Of a stretch of 64,000 nucleotides of DNA, positions 58,686 to 64,000 are shown piece by piece (position 1 is the first letter of the stretch; every line of letters starts with the position of its first letter). This DNA comes from Candidatus Latescibacterota bacterium. GTDB taxonomy: Bacteria > Latescibacterota > UBA2968. The translations under genes were made by a program, and so were the position numbers. The DNA lies in contig OZ240241.1 of the NCBI GenBank assembly GCA_965198115.1, positions 5,536,001 through 5,600,000 on the forward strand. The letters are read 5' to 3'. The notes beneath the pieces were generated by a model. The model was given only the letters and a program-made list of their open reading frames with translations. It was not told the DNA's origin and searched no databases.

Positions 58686-60179
58686 ATGCCCCGACGCGTC
58701 ACCGTCTGGCTTCTCATCGGGCTGCTCTGCTCCGTCTCCTCATACGCCGACCCCTTGCGGCGCGTCTCGGGCACCCACCTGATCCCCCGATCCTCTTCAA
58801 TGCCGGCTCTCCAGAAAAGACAGATTGTGCAAGCCTTCCAGGTGGGAGACCCACTCACCGTATCCGCTTTCAGTTTCCAGCTCATCGGCGGTGGACGCTA
58901 CCAGACCACCACCACCTGTCGTTTCGTCGGGTCGCACAGCTACGTTTTCGTCGAAGACGTCGTGTGGGGTTCCTCTCGCGTGACCCAGCTCGCGCTCAAC
59001 GCCCTGGCGGACGCGTTCGACAACGCGAGCGCCATTGATCCTGCCCGGGGCATTTACGACATCACCACGACCGTATTCGGCCCGGCACCCGACGTCGACG
59101 GCGACCCGAGGATCATCATCGTCCTTCTCGACATCCTCGACTCGCCGTTCACGGGGACGACCATCGTGGGCTACTTCGACGTCGAGAACCAGAGTCCTCC
59201 GGTCAGTCGGGAGATCGTCTATGTCGACGTCGACCCCCTCGACATCGAAAGCGCGCTCGCGCGGGCCACGCTCGCGCACGAATTCCAGCATATGCTGCAC
59301 TGGGCAGCTGACCCCGACGAAGACAAGTGGCTGGACGAAGGGTGTTCCGAATACGCCGAGCTCGCGTGCGGATACAAAGACACGACCGAAGCCGTCGCGA
59401 ACGCTTTCCTCGACGTACCCAACACCAGCCTGACGCAGTGGGAAGACCTGCCGTTCGACTTCGATCAATCGTTCCTCTATATGACCTATTTCGCGCAACG
59501 GTTCGGAGACGAAGCGGTTCGGGCCCTCGTGGCCGAACCGATCAACGGAGCCGAAAGCGTCGACATCGTGCTGTCCGATCTGGGTGAGCCCGATCGCTTC
59601 AAGGACATCTTCGCAGAATGGGCCACGGCCATCTATCTCGACGCCGATGGTGCTCACGGATTGTCCCTCATCGACGTCAGGTTTCCGGCCACCACAGCAC
59701 TGTTGCTGCCGACCTCTAACGTCAATCGCAAAGCCCGACTCTGGGGAACCGACTACCTGGATCTCGAAGGCAGCTTCGATGGGCTCTCGCTCAGTCTCGG
59801 TAGTCCGGGTGACAACCCCCTGATGACCGTCCTCATCGGGCCCGACGGCGGTGCCTTCACAGAAATCGCGGCGGGTGATGCGACAACGGTGAACGTTTAT
59901 CGCTCCGACCTCCGGGCCATCGCGCTCGTAACGACGGGTGGCACGTCCGAAGACTACGCCCTGACGGTCGCTTCGACCCACGGCGGGCTGGTCCTCGAAG
60001 CGTCCGATTTCAACGATGACGGTACGATCGACTTCGCCGACTTCCTGCTGTTCGCGACTGCCTTCGGCAAAACCGGGTTCAGCGGGGGCTACGATCCGTC
60101 CTTCGATCTCGACGGAAACTTCGCCATCGACTTCACCGACTTCCTCACGTTCGCCTCGCATTTCTCCGCGTCCGAATAG
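58686..60179 (+). CDS. Secreted zinc metallopeptidase (M30-like) with C-terminal dockerin/EF-hand-like domain
   Basis: Signal peptide; PDVDGDPRI, AHEFQHMLH, WLDEGCSEYAE; DFNDDGTIDFADF...DLDGNFAIDFTDF. Confidence 0.8.
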   Translation: MPRRVTVWLLIGLLCSVSSYADPLRRVSGTHLIPRSSSMPALQKRQIVQAFQVGDPLTVSAFSFQLIGGGRYQTTTTCRFVGSHSYVFVEDVVWGSSRVTQLALNALADAFDNASAIDPARGIYDITTTVFGPAPDVDGDPRIIIVLLDILDSPFTGTTIVGYFDVENQSPPVSREIVYVDVDPLDIESALARATLAHEFQHMLHWAADPDEDKWLDEGCSEYAELACGYKDTTEAVANAFLDVPNTSLTQWEDLPFDFDQSFLYMTYFAQRFGDEAVRALVAEPINGAESVDIVLSDLGEPDRFKDIFAEWATAIYLDADGAHGLSLIDVRFPATTALLLPTSNVNRKARLWGTDYLDLEGSFDGLSLSLGSPGDNPLMTVLIGPDGGAFTEIAAGDATTVNVYRSDLRAIALVTTGGTSEDYALTVASTHGGLVLEASDFNDDGTIDFADFLLFATAFGKTGFSGGYDPSFDLDGNFAIDFTDFLTFASHFSASE

Positions 60180-60439
60180 CAGCCCACAGCGTTGAGCCGA
60201 TGACATCGATCGCGGTGGACACGATCTGCCCCCCCGAGGGACCGGGTCTCTCTCGCCCACTCCACTCCTGGAGGTAGACATCCTAAAAGTGGCCCCGGGG
60301 CCATTTTTAAACAAGACTCCCATAAATTGTTTATAAACAAACTATTGTAGGCTCTGTAATCCCAGCGGTGTGTCGAGCCATCTTGACTTTCGCGAAGATC
60401 AAATGGGCCCCGACTCAAAACCCTACCGGGGTGACAACC

Positions 60440-61309
60440 CTATCCCGATGCGGGAGGGACCACAACGGTCAGCGCCCCTGGCAGCACGCTGATTGTCGCT
60501 GGAACGGTGGCCACGAGCTCGCCATCCGCGACAATCGGTTGACCTGCCGGGGCGTCCACGTAGGCCGACCGGGACCGGCTCAAACGCACGGCGGCGTGTT
60601 CGTGGTGGCGGCCGGTCTCGACGTGTCGCAACAGACCGAGTGCGGTCAGACGTCCCACGGGCGCAATCTCACACACGTCGATCCATCCATCGTCGATCTC
60701 TGCTTCCGGCGCGATGGCCAATCCGCCACCGTAGAAGGCGCCATTCGCGAACGCCGCCAGCAGAACCGTCTCGGTGGTCTCGTCTTTACGTACCTCCAAC
60801 GTGACGTCCAGTCCCTTCAGAATTTCCACGACGGCCCCGAAACGGTAGGCCCACCGACTTCGCCACCATCCGGACCGCATCCGCATCGCAACGCGGGCAT
60901 CCAGTCCCGCGCAGGCCACAGTCAGGAAACGCGTCGAGCCCACAAGCCCCACATCGACCTGTCGCCGACGAGCCTGGCCGATCCATCGGCCGATCTCCCT
61001 GGCATCCCGCAGAAGCCCGAGCATCCTCGCGAAATCATTCCCACGCCCCGACGGAATGACACCCAGCGTCAATCGTTGTAGATCGACCGCGTTGACCACC
61101 TCGTGCAGCGTCCCATCGCCCCCGCAGACAGCGACCCCCTCATCCCGATCGGCCGCCTTTCTGGCTAGCTCGCCAGCGTGACCCGGTCCGAGGGTCGGGC
61201 ACACGCTCGCCCGGACCCCTGTCTGCTCGATCTCTTCCACGACGCATCCGGCAAGACGGGTTGCGCGACCTCGACCGCTCGCTGGGTTGGCGATCACGAT
61301 CCAATTCAA
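60440..61309 (-). CDS. Diacylglycerol/lipid kinase family (YegS/DgkB-like)
   Basis: IANPASG, GGDGTLHEVVN, IPSGRGNDFAR, NGAFYGGG, ADGE. Confidence 0.9.
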   Translation of the reverse strand: MNWIVIANPASGRGRATRLAGCVVEEIEQTGVRASVCPTLGPGHAGELARKAADRDEGVAVCGGDGTLHEVVNAVDLQRLTLGVIPSGRGNDFARMLGLLRDAREIGRWIGQARRRQVDVGLVGSTRFLTVACAGLDARVAMRMRSGWWRSRWAYRFGAVVEILKGLDVTLEVRKDETTETVLLAAFANGAFYGGGLAIAPEAEIDDGWIDVCEIAPVGRLTALGLLRHVETGRHHEHAAVRLSRSRSAYVDAPAGQPIVADGELVATVPATISVLPGALTVVVPPASG

Positions 61310-61389
61310 CGTTTCGGCCTATTCTCTGAAACAACCACACCGACCCTCGCATCAGATCCAGTAGGCAGACAGAAAGAAGTAATATATTT

Positions 61390-61453
61390 ATCTAACGAGA
61401 AATACAAACATCTAACGAATTTGCATTGCATCTTACTCTGGACTGGCTATATT
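61390..61453 (+). promoter_or_regulatory. Candidate promoter and tandem operator upstream of ArsR-type regulator
   Basis: ATCTAACGA at 61390 and 61410; TTGCAT (61426)-N16-TATATT (61448). Confidence 0.45.
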
Positions 61454-61500
61454 CGGGCTATCGTCGACCCCAGGCACACCTAACCAACGAGGACGTCACG

Positions 61501-62700
61501 GTGCCAGTCGCGCTCGAAGACACCAACGAAGACCTCAAACACAAGTTTCAATTCACGCACGGCATTCGATTCGAGATTTTCTACGCTCTGATGGCTGTGG
61601 CCGACAGGGAACACGGGATTCACATTCCCTGGCAGCGGGAAGCCCTATCGCGGCTCCCGAGCGGATTCATCGACCAGATGGGTCAGGTCGGCGGTTCTCC
61701 CTACTTCTGGCCCGTGATGGCCGATGTTCTCGAGGCCAGCCCCCCTGAACTCACCTACACCGAGATCCGTGAGCGGATTTTGGCTCTGCCCCCCGAACGC
61801 TTTCAAACCGCCATCCTGGAAGGCGGTCTTCACGAAGTGTCGCTCGTAACCGACCTGATCGCCGGGAGACGGAGCCTGGCCGAAGTCGCCGAGGATCTGT
61901 CCGAAAGAGAGGAAAGGTGGTTCGGGTTCCTTGGGTTATATCCGTTCGACCCATCCAGCCCGACCCCCGCCGCCCTCAAGCGCCTGATCGAAGACCCGGA
62001 TGCGCTGCGGGCGGACCTCGTGGACCTGCTCGATACGTTCTGGTCACGCGTGTTCGAGGACACGTGGTCGGCTATCGAGCCCAGGGTTCAGCTCTCGGTT
62101 GCGGAGAAGCGCCGGCTCTTCGACGTGCTGCCGCCTTCGGAGTTCGCCAGGCAGGTACTCATTCGAGTTGAGATCGACGATGACTCGTTCGAAATCTCCT
62201 GCTCGTGTATGGGCACCGTGCCACTCAACAGAGTGGCGCAGATCTATGTCATGCCATCGGTCTTCAACGAAAACCGTCTCTGGTCGATCTATGCGGACAA
62301 GTCGATGCTCACAATGTGCATTCCCTACTTCGACCCGGCCATCTCGGTCGTCCTCGATCGGCCCGCGGCTGCCATCGAGCCCAACCTGAGTCCTCCGCAA
62401 GTTTTCAAGGCGCTCGGAGAACCGACACGCTACGAAATGGCACGTCTGATCGCCCAGAAACCGCGCACATCCGCAGATCTCGCCCGCTTGCTCAAGGTCT
62501 CGAAGCCAACGGTCTCCCACCACGTGCAGCTCCTCCGAGGCGCGGGCCTCATCGGGGAAGAAACAGGCGGTACGGGCGTTCGTCTGTCGCTTCGGAAGGA
62601 GATCATCGCCCAACTCTCCGATGCCGCCCTGAACGACCTTACCTTCGCAGAAACAAAAAAGGCCCCCGCCACGTCAATCAGCGGGAGCCCGAAAATCTGA
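61501..62700 (+). CDS. Transcriptional regulator with C-terminal ArsR-type HTH and large N-terminal domain
   Basis: FKALGEPTRYEMARLI..DLARLLKVSKPTVSHHVQLLRGAGLI; GAGGA RBS before GTG 61501. Confidence 0.82.
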   Translation: MPVALEDTNEDLKHKFQFTHGIRFEIFYALMAVADREHGIHIPWQREALSRLPSGFIDQMGQVGGSPYFWPVMADVLEASPPELTYTEIRERILALPPERFQTAILEGGLHEVSLVTDLIAGRRSLAEVAEDLSEREERWFGFLGLYPFDPSSPTPAALKRLIEDPDALRADLVDLLDTFWSRVFEDTWSAIEPRVQLSVAEKRRLFDVLPPSEFARQVLIRVEIDDDSFEISCSCMGTVPLNRVAQIYVMPSVFNENRLWSIYADKSMLTMCIPYFDPAISVVLDRPAAAIEPNLSPPQVFKALGEPTRYEMARLIAQKPRTSADLARLLKVSKPTVSHHVQLLRGAGLIGEETGGTGVRLSLRKEIIAQLSDAALNDLTFAETKKAPATSISGSPKI

Positions 62701-62864
62701 CTTTATAGAGGTGCCCTGGCCGACGCCGCTTGGCCCTGGAAAAGCTCGTGCGGCGGTTGGCCACCCACAGGATGGACCGGTCGAAATCGGGGGCACCGTG
62801 CCCCAAATATACGCATTCGACCGGTCACATCAACTCATAACCCGCCCGAAAGGAGGGTGCAGTC

Positions 62865-63563
62865 ATGAACCGGTCGTTTCTGTTAACCGTTCTACTTTTG
62901 GTCGCGCTCGGCGCGTGTTCAGGTCTCGACCCCGTCGGTCCCCAGTCCGACACGACGAACACCGACGTTCCCTTTTCCGCCGAGCGTCACGTTCTCGGAG
63001 CGCTGGCGTCCCACTACGGCGTTACGGTCTCGAAACCGGCCGCTGTCCTGGGATCGTCAACTTTCCAGACCACGTTCGTGCCACAAGCCGACTACGTGGA
63101 AATGTCGCGCGATGTCTTGCCCTCGGGCGACATCGTGGTGCGTGGCCAATACCTGTTCTTCTATTCCGACTGGGGGCCACGACACGGAACACTCGAGTCG
63201 ATCTTCAGTCCGGCCGACGGGCTGTGGCAACACACGACATCGGTCGTATCCGAGGGCCCGGTCGATGCGATTCCCCTTACCGTCCGAATCCGGCAAGCCG
63301 AATCCGACACACCGCTGAACGACGTCGAAGTCGTGGCGCGACGCCAGGGCTCCGCCATCCTCTCTTCTCAATCGCTCAGAACCGATCTGAACGGAGAGGC
63401 TCAGCTCGAGGTCTTCCGGGGCGTGTTCGATCTCGAAGCGCTGTCCGAACAGCTGGGGTCGGTGGCGACTGCCGAACTCATCGTCAGCGAGCCGGGCACG
63501 CACGACATTCCGATCGATGCCAAATTCAATCGGATCGGCAAGCGGCCCCCAATCCAGCCTTAA
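62865..63563 (+). CDS. Hypothetical lipoprotein
   Basis: AAGGAGG RBS; lipobox LLLVALGA-C. Confidence 0.7.
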   Translation: MNRSFLLTVLLLVALGACSGLDPVGPQSDTTNTDVPFSAERHVLGALASHYGVTVSKPAAVLGSSTFQTTFVPQADYVEMSRDVLPSGDIVVRGQYLFFYSDWGPRHGTLESIFSPADGLWQHTTSVVSEGPVDAIPLTVRIRQAESDTPLNDVEVVARRQGSAILSSQSLRTDLNGEAQLEVFRGVFDLEALSEQLGSVATAELIVSEPGTHDIPIDAKFNRIGKRPPIQP

Positions 63564-63578
63564 GGGGCGGATAAACCG

Positions 63579-63613
63579 AAGCGGGGGTGTCGAAACACTC
63601 GACACCCCCGCTT
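63579..63613. terminator. Hairpin between convergent genes (likely bidirectional terminator)
   Basis: aagcgggggtgtcga-aacac-tcgacacccccgctt, perfect 15-bp stem. Confidence 0.75.
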
Positions 63614-63636
63614 GAAAACAACTCCAATGAGCGAAC

Positions 63637-64000
63637 TCAGAATCCTACATTCACCGTCAACCAGTGGTTGTCGTCGAAGAATTCTGTTCGTCCAAAGGCG
63701 TAGTCCACCTGGAACTTGTAGTCGCTAACGGGTACCCTCAGACCGAATCCTGCCGTCGGGCCAAGGATGTATTCCTTTTTGAACCCTGACGGTTGGACAC
63801 CGCCTTCGGGTGCCATCACATAGCCACCACGAACCAGAAAGGTCTCCCTGTATTCGACCTCGACACCAGCCTGATACTCGTCGGCGACAGGTTGTTGTTC
63901 CGGAAAGTTGCGTGGAACGTACCGGTACCCTGCTGACCCGTGTACATCTCGTAGGCCAAGCCCAATTCGATCGACGTCGGCAGCTCGGCCGGTGCGAGCG
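63637..64000 (-). CDS. PorV/PorQ family protein, C-terminal part (window-truncated; frameshift near 63888)
   Basis: ELPTSIELGLAYE...FRNNN, then in another frame DEYQAGVEVEYRETFLVRGGY...GPTAGFGL..FQVDYAF..NHWLTVNVGF. Confidence 0.65.
   Translation of the reverse strand, partial: ARTGRAADVDRIGLGLRDVHGSAGYRYVPRNFPEQQPVADEYQAGVEVEYRETFLVRGGYVMAPEGGVQPSGFKKEYILGPTAGFGLRVPVSDYKFQVDYAFGRTEFFDDNHWLTVNVGF

Overview
GC-rich bacterial window. It is probably from an FCB-superphylum lineage such as Ca. Latescibacterota; this is an inference from the PorV-like genes, a T9SS C-terminal domain and a paired DFNxDGxxDFxDF dockerin/EF-hand-like tail. Layout: (1-14.6 kb) accessory hydrolases and transporters; (14.8-16 kb) an IS630 element inserted in a REP-like repeat; (16.4-22 kb) aceE-aceF-lpdA; a disrupted glycogen debranching gene; (24.2-43.5 kb, minus strand) an aromatic amino acid gene cluster trpE-G-D-C-F-tyrS-orf-trpB-A-CM-DAHPS-tyrA-aroA*-sORF-aroE-ubiE-argS-aroK-aroB; ABC/S41/rfbD/DUF255/Trm112 genes; (50-60 kb) a T9SS-associated cluster; then a lipid kinase, an ArsR-type regulator, a lipoprotein and a second partial PorV-like gene. 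The top finding is missing from the ORF track: a complete candidate ribosome-mediated transcription attenuator upstream of trpE. It comprises a promoter, a 30-aa leader with Tyr/Phe codons and an F-Y-W-F core, an antiterminator and a cUUCGg terminator, and could sense all three aromatic amino acids. Also notable are a full-length AroA homolog lacking most catalytic residues, other apparent pseudoenzymes, a Zn-ribbon-AroK fusion and an unannotated 46-aa membrane protein. Several single-base frameshifts in short homopolymers suggest sequencing errors, so pseudogene calls are tentative. No rRNA, tRNA or CRISPR array was recognised.
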